A stretch of DNA of 64,000 bases. It comes from a bacterium. Lineage in GTDB: Bacteria; Fidelibacterota; Fidelibacteria; Fidelibacterales; Fidelibacteraceae. Positions 40,619-50,734 of the stretch are shown piece after piece. Under the pieces are notes generated by a model. The model ran no database searches and was not told the DNA's origin. It saw nothing but the letters and a program-made list of their open reading frames with translations. Position numbers and translations under genes: made by a program. The stretch covers positions 2,016,001 to 2,080,000 of the forward strand of contig OY781066.1 of assembly GCA_963676395.1 (NCBI GenBank). The letters run 5' to 3'. How positions within the stretch are numbered: the first letter of the stretch is position 1; each line of letters begins with the position of its first letter.

Positions 40619-41509
40619 TTAGATCTGATAATAACAATTGTCGTTGATAAATTTTCTTACGAATTCCCATTCATTTTCACTGAGTCCCCATTTGCCTAGG
40701 ACATTGGTTTTATTTCTGCGAAGATCGTGAAAATCAGAACCTCCGGTATAGGGAAGCTCATGTTTAAGGCAATGGTCAATGAGGATTCGCGAAAATGAAG
40801 CAGAATGATTAGGATGGTAGGCTTCAAAACCGTTTACCGGGATCATTTTCATAATATCAAATGATAGTTCTTTCAGGAAAAGGCCCGGATGTGCAAGGAT
40901 ACTGATACCTCCGGCTTTCTTGATTAACTCCATGGCTTCTTCAAATTCTAAACGTGCTTTAGGAACGTAGGCCGGTTTACCATCTCCAATATACTTATTA
41001 AAGGCTTCGTTAAAAGATTTAATATAACCTTTGGCGATCATTGCGCGAGCAATATGCGGACGACCAAGTGTTGTATCTTTTGGATAATTTTTTTTAACTT
41101 CTTCAATACTTAGTGGCTTCCCCAATTCACATAATTTATCACACATGCCTTCAATACGACGATAACGGATTTTTTGGAAGTATTCTAAACGCTTAATAAA
41201 GGTTTCATTTTCAGGGTCGAATCCATAAGCCAATAAATGTAAGCCGACATTTTTATAGTCAACAGACAGTTCAACACCGGGTAGAGCAATTCCATTAAAG
41301 GTTTTTTTAAATTCTTTAAACCCGCTAAATGTATCATGATCGGCTAATGCCCCAACCTTGATTTTGTTTTTTTGAAGCATTTTTGCAATATCTGTGGGTG
41401 AGTATTCACCATCGGATGCAGTTGAATGAATATGAAGATCGGCAATGATCTCTTGGGCCGGCTGTGAGTCGGGTACTTCTGCAGTCATTTTAGAAAATGT
41501 AATCGTCAT
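40619..41509 (-). CDS. PHP-domain phosphoesterase (YciV/TrpH-like 3',5'-bisphosphate phosphatase); start uncertain (41488-41545)
   Basis: DLHIHSTASDG, LADHD, GVELS, HLLAY, GRPHIA, LAHP, GGSDFH. Confidence 0.9.
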   Translation of the reverse strand: MTITFSKMTAEVPDSQPAQEIIADLHIHSTASDGEYSPTDIAKMLQKNKIKVGALADHDTFSGFKEFKKTFNGIALPGVELSVDYKNVGLHLLAYGFDPENETFIKRLEYFQKIRYRRIEGMCDKLCELGKPLSIEEVKKNYPKDTTLGRPHIARAMIAKGYIKSFNEAFNKYIGDGKPAYVPKARLEFEEAMELIKKAGGISILAHPGLFLKELSFDIMKMIPVNGFEAYHPNHSASFSRILIDHCLKHELPYTGGSDFHDLRRNKTNVLGKWGLSENEWEFVRKFINDNCYYQI

Positions 41510-41720
41510 AAGACAAAAAGATAAACCAATATTAAAAATAAACAAAAGGGTATTTTAGATAATTATGATATTAAATAAAGTGATCTTTTAAGTTTGGTAT
41601 AATGCGCAAGAATTCGATAATCTTTGCTTGGAACCCTGGATTATTAAACAGTACATATGCAATACTTATTAAGGAACATTATTTATGGCCGGGTAGTATA
41701 GACACGCGGTAGAATTATTA

Positions 41721-41749
41721 TTGGCAATAGTGAATAAAAACGCTATATT
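41721..41749 (+). promoter_or_regulatory. sigma70-type promoter
   Basis: TTGGCA, 17 bp spacer, TATATT; AGGAGG RBS downstream. Confidence 0.55.
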
Positions 41750-41780
41750 TTTGAACTTAACTACCTAACAGGAGGGAAAA

Positions 41781-42308
41781 ATGAAAAAGTTATTGATCGT
41801 CGTATTGACTATCGTATGCCTTACCGGATTCGCTTTTGCAGACGCATTGGAAGTCGGTAAAAAACCTACTATGCTCATTCTTGAAGGAAAAGAGGGTGGT
41901 CGCTTGGATAAAACTTCCTGGTGCTCATGTGAGCTTGAGAACACGGCTTGGGTTGTATTTTATGTTGACCCTGATATGTCAGATATGAATATAGCTGCTG
42001 AAGAAGCTTTGAACGCTTTGGATATTCCCAGCGAAAAACTTGAAAGCTGTGCAGTTATTAATTACAAAGGTACTAAACTTCCGGCATTTGCGATCAATTT
42101 GGTATTGAAAAACAAACAGAAAAAATATCCCGGTACACTCTATTTAGCTGATAAAAAACATGTTTTAGTTGAAAAATGGGGTTTAACGGATAATTCTTAT
42201 TGTACATTGCTTTTTGATAAGAATGGTGTGCTTAGATACCGTTATGATGGAGCGATGGATGAAGCTGAGATTGCTAAATATATAAAAGCAATTCAGGATA
42301 ATATCTAA
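41781..42308 (+). CDS. YtfJ-family exported thioredoxin-like protein
   Basis: Signal peptide; W.S.EL, VFYVDPD, KWGL, LFDKNG motifs. Confidence 0.75.
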   Translation: MKKLLIVVLTIVCLTGFAFADALEVGKKPTMLILEGKEGGRLDKTSWCSCELENTAWVVFYVDPDMSDMNIAAEEALNALDIPSEKLESCAVINYKGTKLPAFAINLVLKNKQKKYPGTLYLADKKHVLVEKWGLTDNSYCTLLFDKNGVLRYRYDGAMDEAEIAKYIKAIQDNI

Positions 42309-42317
42309 GAAAATTGT

Positions 42318-42349
42318 AAAGAGAGCGCGAGTAAAATCGCGCTTTTTTT
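42318..42349 (+). terminator. Intrinsic terminator
   Basis: AGCGCGA-gtaaaa-TCGCGCT followed by a T-run. Confidence 0.75.
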
Positions 42350-42375
42350 CTAAACATTATAGTAGGAGTTAAAAT

Positions 42376-42816
42376 ATGGATGCTGCAACTGTTATCATTA
42401 TTTGGTTCGTTGTTGGGCTTGTCCTTATCCTCCTGGAGTTCGTGATACCATCATTGGTGATCGTATTCTTTGGTTTGGGGGCGTGGGTATCGGCCATAGC
42501 TGTTGCCATATTCCCCGGAATGGCCTTTTGGGTTCAAATGATGATTTTTACAGTCTTTTCCGTACTTAGCCTTGTTCTTCTGCGCCGTGCTCTTAAAGAG
42601 CGTTTCTTTGCCGACCATGAAGGTGTAGATGATTATATCGGAAAAACCGCAGTTGTTGAAGTTGCCATTAAAGATGGAGAAGGCAAGGTCAATTACCGTG
42701 GTGTTTCATGGACAGCAGAAGCTAAAGAAGATATTCCTAAAGGCAGTAAAGTTAAGATTGTTGGTAAAGATTCTATTGTACTTAATGTTGAAGCCTTGAA
42801 AAAGAATGATAAGTAA
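42376..42816 (+). CDS. NfeD-like membrane protein (C-terminal OB domain)
   Basis: W...GL.L..LE TM helices; IGKTAVV...GKV.YRGVSW.A; precedes an SPFH gene. Confidence 0.88.
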   Translation: MDAATVIIIWFVVGLVLILLEFVIPSLVIVFFGLGAWVSAIAVAIFPGMAFWVQMMIFTVFSVLSLVLLRRALKERFFADHEGVDDYIGKTAVVEVAIKDGEGKVNYRGVSWTAEAKEDIPKGSKVKIVGKDSIVLNVEALKKNDK

Positions 42817-42857
42817 TTAATTAGGCATTAATTAGCTAATAAATAAAGGAGTTAGAC

Positions 42858-43808
42858 ATGTCACCCGTATTAACAGTAGTATGGATAGGTTTATTTATAT
42901 TTGTATTGGTCATCCTGGGTAAATCGATTCGGATCGTTCCTCAAAAATCAGCTTTTATTATTGAGAGATTGGGTAAATATAAAAAGACATTGATGGCAGG
43001 TTTTCATGTGTTGGTACCGCTTGTTGATCGTGTAGCATATAAGCATACATTAAAAGAACAAGCACTTGACGTTGCTTCGCAGATATGTATTACAAAAGAT
43101 AACATTTCCGTTGAAGTCGATGGTATTTTGTACCTTCAAGTTATGGATGCCATGAAATCATCTTATGGTATTGATGATTACCAATTTGCTTCTACTCAGC
43201 TTGCACAGACAACCATGCGTTCAATTATTGGTAAAATGGAGTTGGATAAAACGTTTGAAGAGCGTGATGCTATTAACACCTCAATTGTGGATGCTGTTGA
43301 TAAAGCTTCTGATCCTTGGGGTGTAAAAGTCACTCGTTATGAAGTCAAGAATATTACACCTCCTCAGAGCATTAAGGATGCAATGGAAAAACAGATGCGT
43401 GCCGAACGTGAAAAACGTGCATTGATCGCTGAATCTGAAGGTGATAAGCAAGCCAAGATCAATCGTGCCGAAGGTGCAAAACAAGAATTGATCGCTAAAT
43501 CTGAGGGTGAAAAACAACGTAGGATCAACGAGGCTGAAGGACGTGCTGCAGAGATTGAAAAGGTTGCCGTAGCTACCGCGATGGGGCTTAAAGAGATTGC
43601 AACGTCTATTAACGCTAAAGGCGGAGCTGATGCGGTTAATCTTCGTATTGCAGAACAATATATTGGTGAGTTTGGTAAGCTTGCGAAAACCAATAATACC
43701 ATGATCCTCCCGGCTGAAATGTCGAATATTGCTTCTGTCGTCGCAACGGTTGGTAAGGTTTTTGATGAAACTAAAAATAAAGATACAAAGGTTCCGATTA
43801 AGAAATAA
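42858..43808 (+). CDS. SPFH/stomatin-like (paraslipin, QmcA-like) protein
   Basis: [36 protein letters not shown]. Confidence 0.93.
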   Translation: MSPVLTVVWIGLFIFVLVILGKSIRIVPQKSAFIIERLGKYKKTLMAGFHVLVPLVDRVAYKHTLKEQALDVASQICITKDNISVEVDGILYLQVMDAMKSSYGIDDYQFASTQLAQTTMRSIIGKMELDKTFEERDAINTSIVDAVDKASDPWGVKVTRYEVKNITPPQSIKDAMEKQMRAEREKRALIAESEGDKQAKINRAEGAKQELIAKSEGEKQRRINEAEGRAAEIEKVAVATAMGLKEIATSINAKGGADAVNLRIAEQYIGEFGKLAKTNNTMILPAEMSNIASVVATVGKVFDETKNKDTKVPIKK

Positions 43809-44230
43809 TGAAATCTTTTACTGAACATCTTACTCTTACAGTTCCTTCGCGAATGGATTTTGTAAATATCACACCTAGTATTAGAGAATGTTTGAAAAAA
43901 TCAGGTATTCAAGAAGGTCTTTGTTTGGTAAATGCCATGCATATTACCGCTTCGGTTTTTATTAATGATGATGAACCGGGTTTACATGCCGACTACAAAA
44001 AATGGTTGGAAGATCTGGCCCCATTTGACCCTTCTCCCATGAGATATAATCATAATCGTACCGGAGAGGATAATGGTGACGCACACCATAAGCGACAAAT
44101 TATGGGCCGTGAAGTTGTTGTTGCCGTTACCGAAGGTCGTTTGGATTTTGGCCCTTGGGAGCAGATTTTTTACGGAGAATTTGATGGACGTAGACCCAAA
44201 AGGATCCTTGTGAAGATTATCGGAGAGTAA
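43808..44230 (+). CDS. yjbQ: YjbQ/UPF0047 family protein
   Basis: [33 protein letters not shown]. Confidence 0.9.
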   Translation: MKSFTEHLTLTVPSRMDFVNITPSIRECLKKSGIQEGLCLVNAMHITASVFINDDEPGLHADYKKWLEDLAPFDPSPMRYNHNRTGEDNGDAHHKRQIMGREVVVAVTEGRLDFGPWEQIFYGEFDGRRPKRILVKIIGE

Positions 44231-44264
44231 GATTATTAAGGTAAAAGTAGAAGAAAAGTATAAT

Positions 44265-44291
44265 GCCCTGTTCGTTTGAGCGGGGCTTTTT
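44265..44291 (+). terminator. Intrinsic terminator
   Basis: GCCCTGTTC...GAGCGGGGC-TTTTT. Confidence 0.75.
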
Positions 44292-44511
44292 AAATGATAG
44301 AAGTCTGTTTTTGCTAAGCTTCTACGGACAGATAAACTCCAATAAACAAAAAAATACAAGATGAAGGTGCAAATAATAAAGGCGGGAGTGTTCTTTCTTC
44401 TTTGTTACTTTAATCTTTTGTTCTAAGACTAAGGTTCTAGCTTGAACTTGAACTCGATAACACCGATAATTCTTAACTCTCAATTTTAATTCTTAATTTC
44501 ATAAATATCGC

Positions 44512-44540
44512 TTGACTGACAGCATCTTATTAGATATATT
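44512..44540 (+). promoter_or_regulatory. sigma70-type promoter of rplU-rpmA
   Basis: TTGACT, 17 bp spacer, TATATT. Confidence 0.7.
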
Positions 44541-44588
44541 TATCGGCTGTTTGTGATGCAGAAGTAAAAGAAATAGGAAACAAATAAA

Positions 44589-44975
44589 ATGTATGCAATC
44601 GTAGAGATCAGTGGAAAGCAATTTAAAGTGGCGAAATCAGACGTTGTAAAGGTTCCCTTACAGAACGCCGCAGCTAAAGATAAACTTAAATTCGCAAATG
44701 TTTTGCTTGTAGACGATAAAGGCAAAGTCGAAATCGGCACACCTTTCGTTAAAAATGCAAAAGTTGCTGCTACCGTCGTTGAACACGGCCGTGACAGAAA
44801 AGTCATCGTATTTAAGAAAAAACGTCGTAAAGACTATAAAGTTAAACGCGGACATCGTCAGGGTTACACAATGATCAAGATCGATTCGATCACGATCGCT
44901 AAACCTAAAGAAGCAGCTCCTAAAAAGGCAGCCCCTAAGAAGAGCGAAACAGCAAAAAAGACTGAAAAGGAATAA
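44589..44975 (+). CDS. rplU: 50S ribosomal protein bL21 with Lys/Ala-rich tail
   Basis: MYAIVEISGKQFKV, VFKKKRRKDY...GHRQ. Confidence 0.97.
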   Translation: MYAIVEISGKQFKVAKSDVVKVPLQNAAAKDKLKFANVLLVDDKGKVEIGTPFVKNAKVAATVVEHGRDRKVIVFKKKRRKDYKVKRGHRQGYTMIKIDSITIAKPKEAAPKKAAPKKSETAKKTEKE

Positions 44976-44978
44976 GCA

Positions 44979-45230
44979 ATGGCACATAAGAAAGGTCAAG
45001 GTAGCTCGAATAACGGTCGCGATTCAAACCCACAATACCTGGGTGTCAAACGCTATGGTGGTCAATTTGTAACAGCCGGCACAATTATTGTAAGACAGCG
45101 TGGAACAAAGTTTTTCCCCGGTGATAATGCTAAGATCGGTGGTGATGACACTATCTTTGCTACAGCCGATGGTACTGTCGAATTTCATACTCGCCGCGGT
45201 CGCAAAATGGTAAACATTCTTACCGCCTAA
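44979..45230 (+). CDS. rpmA: 50S ribosomal protein bL27
   Basis: [25 protein letters not shown]. Confidence 0.98.
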   Translation: MAHKKGQGSSNNGRDSNPQYLGVKRYGGQFVTAGTIIVRQRGTKFFPGDNAKIGGDDTIFATADGTVEFHTRRGRKMVNILTA

Positions 45231-45253
45231 GTAAGAAGCTACACATACTATTT

Positions 45254-45283
45254 AAGCCCTGTCCTTGAGATGGGGCTTTTTTT
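45254..45283 (+). terminator. Intrinsic terminator of rplU-rpmA
   Basis: AAGCCCTGTC...GATGGGGCTT followed by a T-run. Confidence 0.8.
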
Positions 45284-45403
45284 ATCAATTGAAAATTGAT
45301 AAAAGTTTGATTTACTCCCAATATTCTAATCTCACATACTTTTTTATTTTCCTTTTAACTTTTTCCATGTTTGGTTAAATTTCTTAAAAGGAAAAGAGAC
45401 ACT

Positions 45404-45928
45404 ATGAAAAAAGATAATAAAAAGAAAAATTTCGAACAGATGTGGGCACCTTGGCGAATGGAGTATATTAAAACTCCAAAAGAGAATAAGCCAAAGGGAT
45501 GTATTTTTTGTAATAAACCAAAAGAAGATAGTGATAGAGAAAATCTGATACTATATAAGGGGAAAACGGTATTTGTGATTATGAATCGCTATCCCTACAA
45601 TAATGGTCATCTTATGGTTGTACCTTATCGTCATTTGTCTGATTATAATGCATTGACAGAAGAAGAGTTATTGGAGATTGCTAAAGTGACTCAAATGACT
45701 CTTGATATATTAAAGCGAAACATGCATCCTCAGGGTTTTAATGTAGGCTTTAACTTAGGGGAATCTGCGGGGGCAGGCATTGCGGAACATATTCATCAAC
45801 ATATTGTTCCCAGGTGGACTGGTGATACAAATTTTATGCCTGTGCTTTGTCATACAAAAGTGTTGGTTGATGGTTTATGTGAATGTTGGGATGAACTACG
45901 GTCTGAGTTTGACAAGTACGCAATGTAG
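45404..45928 (+). CDS. HIT-family protein (Ap4A phosphorylase/Rv2613c-like)
   Basis: MWAPWRMEYI, CIFC, NRYPYNNGHLMV, AGAGIAEHIHQHIVPRW.GD.NFM. Confidence 0.9.
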   Translation: MKKDNKKKNFEQMWAPWRMEYIKTPKENKPKGCIFCNKPKEDSDRENLILYKGKTVFVIMNRYPYNNGHLMVVPYRHLSDYNALTEEELLEIAKVTQMTLDILKRNMHPQGFNVGFNLGESAGAGIAEHIHQHIVPRWTGDTNFMPVLCHTKVLVDGLCECWDELRSEFDKYAM

Positions 45929-45991
45929 TGATCCGGAGATGCAATGAATTGTATTTCTGATGCGTGTAAAATCAATATATAATGTAATTTG

Positions 45992-46819
45992 ATGAAAATT
46001 AGAAAACCTGCTGTCGCCGGTCAATTTTATCCCGGGAGTGAACATGAGTTAAGATCGATGCTCGAAAATATGTTCATGATAGTGGAAAAAGATAAAAAAA
46101 ATATTCATCAGCATGTTTCGGGCATAATTGCTCCACATGCCGGCTATGTATATTCCGGAATACAGGCTGCAAAAGCATATCAATACATAAAACATCTCAA
46201 TTATGATCTGGTTTGCATCATATCTCCATCACATAGGAGTTACTTTCAGGGTGTTTCGGTATATCCGCATGATGCCTATGCAACACCATTGGGACTATGT
46301 AAAATACATAAAGAAGCTCGCCAATTGCTTTTGGATGGGCAATATGTGAACAATGCACCTCAACCACATGCCGGTGAACATGCTTTAGAAGTTCAATTGC
46401 CTTTTATACAATTTTGTTTGGGTAATATTCCCATTCTTCCTTTGATCATGGGAGATCAAGGACCTGAAAATATTGATCTTCTTGCAAAGGAATTAAAGGA
46501 ATTGTTCTTATATTATGGTGATAGAATTCTCTTTATTGCTTCGACAGATCTTTCACATTTTTATCCATTAGAATTTGCACAACATAAAGATCTGATGTTT
46601 GTTGATTTGCTGAAAAAAGCGGATGCCGCCTTACTTCTTGAAAAATTAACAGAAGAAAGTGTGGAAGCATGTGGAAGTGGTCCTCTTTTAGCTTTAATGA
46701 AGGCGTTGAATATAGATAAAGAGCATATTAGCACATTGGGATATTCTCATTCGGGGCAAGTCTCGGGTGATAACTCCAGCGTGGTAGGGTACTGTTCGGC
46801 TCTTTTATTTAAAAACTAA
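45992..46819 (+). CDS. MEMO1-family protein (AmmeMemoRadiSam system protein B)
   Basis: RKPAVAGQFYP, APHAGYVYSG, EHALEVQLPF, STDLSHF, CG, SVVGY. Confidence 0.92.
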   Translation: MKIRKPAVAGQFYPGSEHELRSMLENMFMIVEKDKKNIHQHVSGIIAPHAGYVYSGIQAAKAYQYIKHLNYDLVCIISPSHRSYFQGVSVYPHDAYATPLGLCKIHKEARQLLLDGQYVNNAPQPHAGEHALEVQLPFIQFCLGNIPILPLIMGDQGPENIDLLAKELKELFLYYGDRILFIASTDLSHFYPLEFAQHKDLMFVDLLKKADAALLLEKLTEESVEACGSGPLLALMKALNIDKEHISTLGYSHSGQVSGDNSSVVGYCSALLFKN

Positions 46820-46827
46820 GGAAGAAG

Positions 46828-47793
46828 ATGATCAAGCTTATACGATTTAATGAAAGCGAACACAAATTTTGGGATAAATTTGTTCAAGAAGCAAACAATG
46901 GAACGATTTTTCATGAGCGAAAGTTTTTAAATTATCATCCAAAAGAACGCTTTAATGATCATTCTTTGATTTTTATGGAAAAAAATAAACCCATTGCTCT
47001 TTTTCCGGCTGTTGATATAATGTTAGAAGGAAAACGCACCTTATTATCGCATCGGGGATCATCATATGGGGGAGTTGTACAGCCTGTAAGTCAAGGTGTC
47101 GAGAAAAATGTAAAGATTGTAAAAGCCTTGTCTAAATATGCAAAGCAAGAAGGTTTTGAAGTCGTGACAATGACCTTACCTCCTGATATCTACAATCAGC
47201 AATTGAACAATTATCTGGAGTTTGCTTGTTTTCTTGAAGGATATCACTATCAAAAACGTGAAATATCTTCAGTATTAAAATTGGAAGACAATATTGAAGA
47301 TAATATCGCCAAATTTAAAAGTACGCATCGAACCGCTTATCGTCGCGGAGAAAAAATGGGTGTGCTTGTTAAAGAAACCGAAGATTATGAATCGTTTTAC
47401 GCAATTCTTGAGAATAATTTAAATATTCGCCATGGCGTAAAACCAACGCATACTTTGGATGAGTTGAAAGATCTAAAGTCTAGGTATCCTGAGCGTATTC
47501 GTCTTTATGGGGCTTTTGTAGATAACACTATGATCGCCGGTTTAGTCATGTTTGATGCCAATAAATTAGTGACATTGGCTTTCTATATATCACATGATGA
47601 GACTTATCAAGAATATCGTGGTGTGAATGTTCTATTTAAAGAGGTGATAGCCGATAGTATTAAACGGGGATTTCATTATTTGGATTATGGAATATTTACC
47701 GTGAATCAGGAACCAAATTACGGATTGGCAAGATTTAAAGAAAATTTTGGCTCAGGGGGTGTTTTTAGGGATACCCTAAAATTGATGATCTAA
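46828..47793 (+). CDS. FemAB-like GNAT-fold protein
   Basis: WDKFV..ANNGTIFH.R.FL.YH, SHRGSSYGG, LDYG, GLARFKENFG. Confidence 0.8.
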   Translation: MIKLIRFNESEHKFWDKFVQEANNGTIFHERKFLNYHPKERFNDHSLIFMEKNKPIALFPAVDIMLEGKRTLLSHRGSSYGGVVQPVSQGVEKNVKIVKALSKYAKQEGFEVVTMTLPPDIYNQQLNNYLEFACFLEGYHYQKREISSVLKLEDNIEDNIAKFKSTHRTAYRRGEKMGVLVKETEDYESFYAILENNLNIRHGVKPTHTLDELKDLKSRYPERIRLYGAFVDNTMIAGLVMFDANKLVTLAFYISHDETYQEYRGVNVLFKEVIADSIKRGFHYLDYGIFTVNQEPNYGLARFKENFGSGGVFRDTLKLMI

Positions 47794-47832
47794 GATTAAA
47801 GATTGAACGATAGACTGCATAATTGAGGAAGT

Positions 47833-49263
47833 ATGATAAAACAAGATATCATTCGCTTAAGTAAACAAACGATCGTCTATGGCATTGGCTATGTTGCGGC
47901 ACGTATGATCAATTTTTTATTGCTGCCTTTTTATTCTTATCATATTACACCTGAGGAGTATGGTGTAGTTTCATTGGTTTATGCCTTTATCGCATTTTTG
48001 AATATTTTTTATCACTATGGACTGGAAAGCGCTTTTTTGCGTTTTTATACCAAGTCTGATGAAGAAGGTAAAAAAGAGGTCTTTACTACCGTTTATTCGT
48101 CTTTAGTAATTACTTCTGTCGCCTTTTCATTGATCATATTTCTTGCTGCGCCGGCAATTGCAAAAGGTATATTGCATTCACTGGTTTATACCAATGTTAT
48201 ACGCATGACAGCCGGTATTTTATTTTTGGATTCAATGTTCTTGATTCCCTTACATTATTTACGCATTAACAATAAAGCAGCCATATTTACTACAATTACT
48301 CTCATCAATGTATTGATCAATGTTTCATTAAATATTATTTTGATACGATATAAAGGAATGGGGATCGAGGCGGTATTTATTTCAAATTTAGTTGCTTCGT
48401 GTTTTTCCTTCTTGGTGCTTTTACCGGTCGTCGTTAAAAATTGGAATGGGAAGTATTCAGGTGGTTTATGGAAAAAGCTGATTCTGTTTGGTTTGCCCTT
48501 TGTTCCCAGCGGATTATCAAGCATGTTGATCGAGTTAAGTGATAGGTTTATGCTGGAATGGATGCGTGGTATGGAAGATGTGGGGCTTTATTCGGCAGGA
48601 CATAAATTAGGCATTTTTATGATGTTAATCGTTATGGCTTTTCGCTTTGCCTGGCAACCATTTTTTCTGCAGAAACAAAATGATCCCAATGCTCCCGAAT
48701 TATTCTCAAAGATCATGACTTGGTTTGTGTTTTTAATGACCCTTGTTTTTCTTGGGGTATCATTTTTTATAAAGGAGATCGTTGCTTTAGAAATATTCGG
48801 TCGACATATTATTGCCGAAAGCTACTGGTCCGGTATTGTTGTAGTACCGCTTATTCTTGCGGCTTATTTGTTTAACGGCATCTATATTAACTTCCATCCA
48901 TCAATATTTTATACCGGAAAAACTTGGGTGATTTCTATCGTTGTGGGGATTGCCGCGTTGATCAATATCGGGTTTAATTTAATTCTTATTCCTAATGTAG
49001 GCATGATCGGAGCCGGTATTTCATCTTTATCGGCATATGTATTTATGGCAATATCAACCTATTTAATTGTTCGTAATTGGATAAAGGTTCCTTATGAATG
49101 GTTGAGATTAGGTACAATGTTTATTTTAACACTAATACTAACACTATTATATTTTATTTACGGTATACCCAATCCTTGGATGCGTTTTGCTGTGATCCTT
49201 ATCTATTCAATTATCATGTTAATCATATTATTCCCAAGAAAAAAAGAGGCTCTCATTGAGTAA
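47833..49263 (+). CDS. Oligosaccharide flippase (Wzx/MOP family)
   Basis: YGIG...R.INFLLLPFY, DRFML, GLYSA..KL, FRFAWQPFF; many TM helices. Confidence 0.88.
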   Translation: MIKQDIIRLSKQTIVYGIGYVAARMINFLLLPFYSYHITPEEYGVVSLVYAFIAFLNIFYHYGLESAFLRFYTKSDEEGKKEVFTTVYSSLVITSVAFSLIIFLAAPAIAKGILHSLVYTNVIRMTAGILFLDSMFLIPLHYLRINNKAAIFTTITLINVLINVSLNIILIRYKGMGIEAVFISNLVASCFSFLVLLPVVVKNWNGKYSGGLWKKLILFGLPFVPSGLSSMLIELSDRFMLEWMRGMEDVGLYSAGHKLGIFMMLIVMAFRFAWQPFFLQKQNDPNAPELFSKIMTWFVFLMTLVFLGVSFFIKEIVALEIFGRHIIAESYWSGIVVVPLILAAYLFNGIYINFHPSIFYTGKTWVISIVVGIAALINIGFNLILIPNVGMIGAGISSLSAYVFMAISTYLIVRNWIKVPYEWLRLGTMFILTLILTLLYFIYGIPNPWMRFAVILIYSIIMLIILFPRKKEALIE

Positions 49264-50692
49264 ACGGCTCCTGAAAGATTCCATGATCTATACCGGCGGA
49301 AATGTCATTGCACGTGGTTTGAATTTTATTATTCAAGTTACAATATGGTCAAATTTGTTTCCACCTGAAGCCTATGGACAATTAGCTTATTGTTATGTAT
49401 TTATTTCATTTATGGCGGTAATTCTTCCCTTTGGTATGGATGCCGCATTTATGAATTATTATGTAAGGGGTAAAGATAAAGCCTCTTATCTCAAGAATAC
49501 GCTGTTTTTTATTTCAATAATTGCGATGATCTTTGTGTTGTTTGCACTGATATTTAAACAACGGCTTTCTCCTCTTTTTCTTCGGACCAATGCAGCTGAA
49601 CTGTTTGTGCTTTCTTTGGCTATTCTCTTTTTTGATATTCTTAACAATATGGGAATGCTCTATCTTCGTGCCGAGGGAAAAGCCATAAGCTCGGTTGTTT
49701 TACAAAATATTGAGATTATTGTACGTTTGGTATTGCTGCTAATGCTCATATTTTTTGTGGGCGAAAATATTAAATATATACTATGGGCAAATGTCGGGTC
49801 TTCTGCGTTGCTTTTTAGCATATTTATGATTTTACTTTTACCAAGAATTCGGGGCGCGGTCATTTCTAAAGATGTTATCAAAGAACTACTTATCTTTGCT
49901 CTTCCATTTTTAATATCGGGTATTTTCGATAGGACTATTGAATTGGCAGATCGCCGATTAATTGGTTATTACATGGGGGATGAAGCGACGGGGTTGTATG
50001 TTGCTTCATATACCGTTGCCGTATTGATGCGATTGCTTGTTTATAGTTTTAATGCTGGATGGCAACCGTATTTTTTGAGTCGAATTGATAAAGAGGGTGG
50101 AAGAGAAGAGCTGGAAAGCTTATATACCAGAGCAGGGATCATATTTATTAGTGTATGGTTTCTGGCTGCGGTCTGGGTGCCTATTCTTATAAAGATCCCC
50201 ATTGGACATAATAGGTATGTGCTTCATCCGTCATATTGGGAGGGCATAAGCATCATTCCGGTCATTATGGGAGCTTATGTTGCCATGGGTTTGTATTTTT
50301 TACAATTACCCTCGTTGTATTATTATAAAAGAACCGGATTAAATGCCGTGTTCATTGGCATTGGTGCCGCAGTAAATGTAATTTTAAATATTATATTGAT
50401 CCCTGTCTTAGGAATAATAGGTGCAGCTGTTTCCACTTTGGTTTCATACGGAACCATGGCTTCGATCATGAGAATTTGGGTCCTTTCGAAAACAAAAATT
50501 GTTCATCAGGATTTTAAATTACCTGGGGTAGTGGGCTTAGCTTTAATCTTATATATAAATCTTGGTTTACTTCCTATCGGTTTAGGTGCTAAGGCCTTGG
50601 TCTCATTGATCTATGTTGTTATTGTAATATTTTTAATGCCCAAAAAAGATTCAGAAAATAAAAAACGTATATCTGAAAGAAATAAAGATTAA
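49256..50692 (+). CDS. Second oligosaccharide flippase (Wzx/MOP family), TTG start
   Basis: Paralogous motifs ELADRRLI, GLYVASY, FNAGWQPYF. Confidence 0.85.
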   Translation: MSKRLLKDSMIYTGGNVIARGLNFIIQVTIWSNLFPPEAYGQLAYCYVFISFMAVILPFGMDAAFMNYYVRGKDKASYLKNTLFFISIIAMIFVLFALIFKQRLSPLFLRTNAAELFVLSLAILFFDILNNMGMLYLRAEGKAISSVVLQNIEIIVRLVLLLMLIFFVGENIKYILWANVGSSALLFSIFMILLLPRIRGAVISKDVIKELLIFALPFLISGIFDRTIELADRRLIGYYMGDEATGLYVASYTVAVLMRLLVYSFNAGWQPYFLSRIDKEGGREELESLYTRAGIIFISVWFLAAVWVPILIKIPIGHNRYVLHPSYWEGISIIPVIMGAYVAMGLYFLQLPSLYYYKRTGLNAVFIGIGAAVNVILNIILIPVLGIIGAAVSTLVSYGTMASIMRIWVLSKTKIVHQDFKLPGVVGLALILYINLGLLPIGLGAKALVSLIYVVIVIFLMPKKDSENKKRISERNKD

Positions 50693-50734
50693 TAAAGAGA
50701 AATATTCCAAAAGTTGAGAACTATTTTTTTGAAC

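Noticed and set aside
43281..44359. Antisense ORFs (125-154 aa) over the SPFH and yjbQ genes
   Set aside because: Overlap well-conserved sense genes; explained by codon bias.
44540..44999. Antisense ORFs over rplU
   Set aside because: Phe/Cys-rich mirror of the Lys/Ala-rich ribosomal protein.
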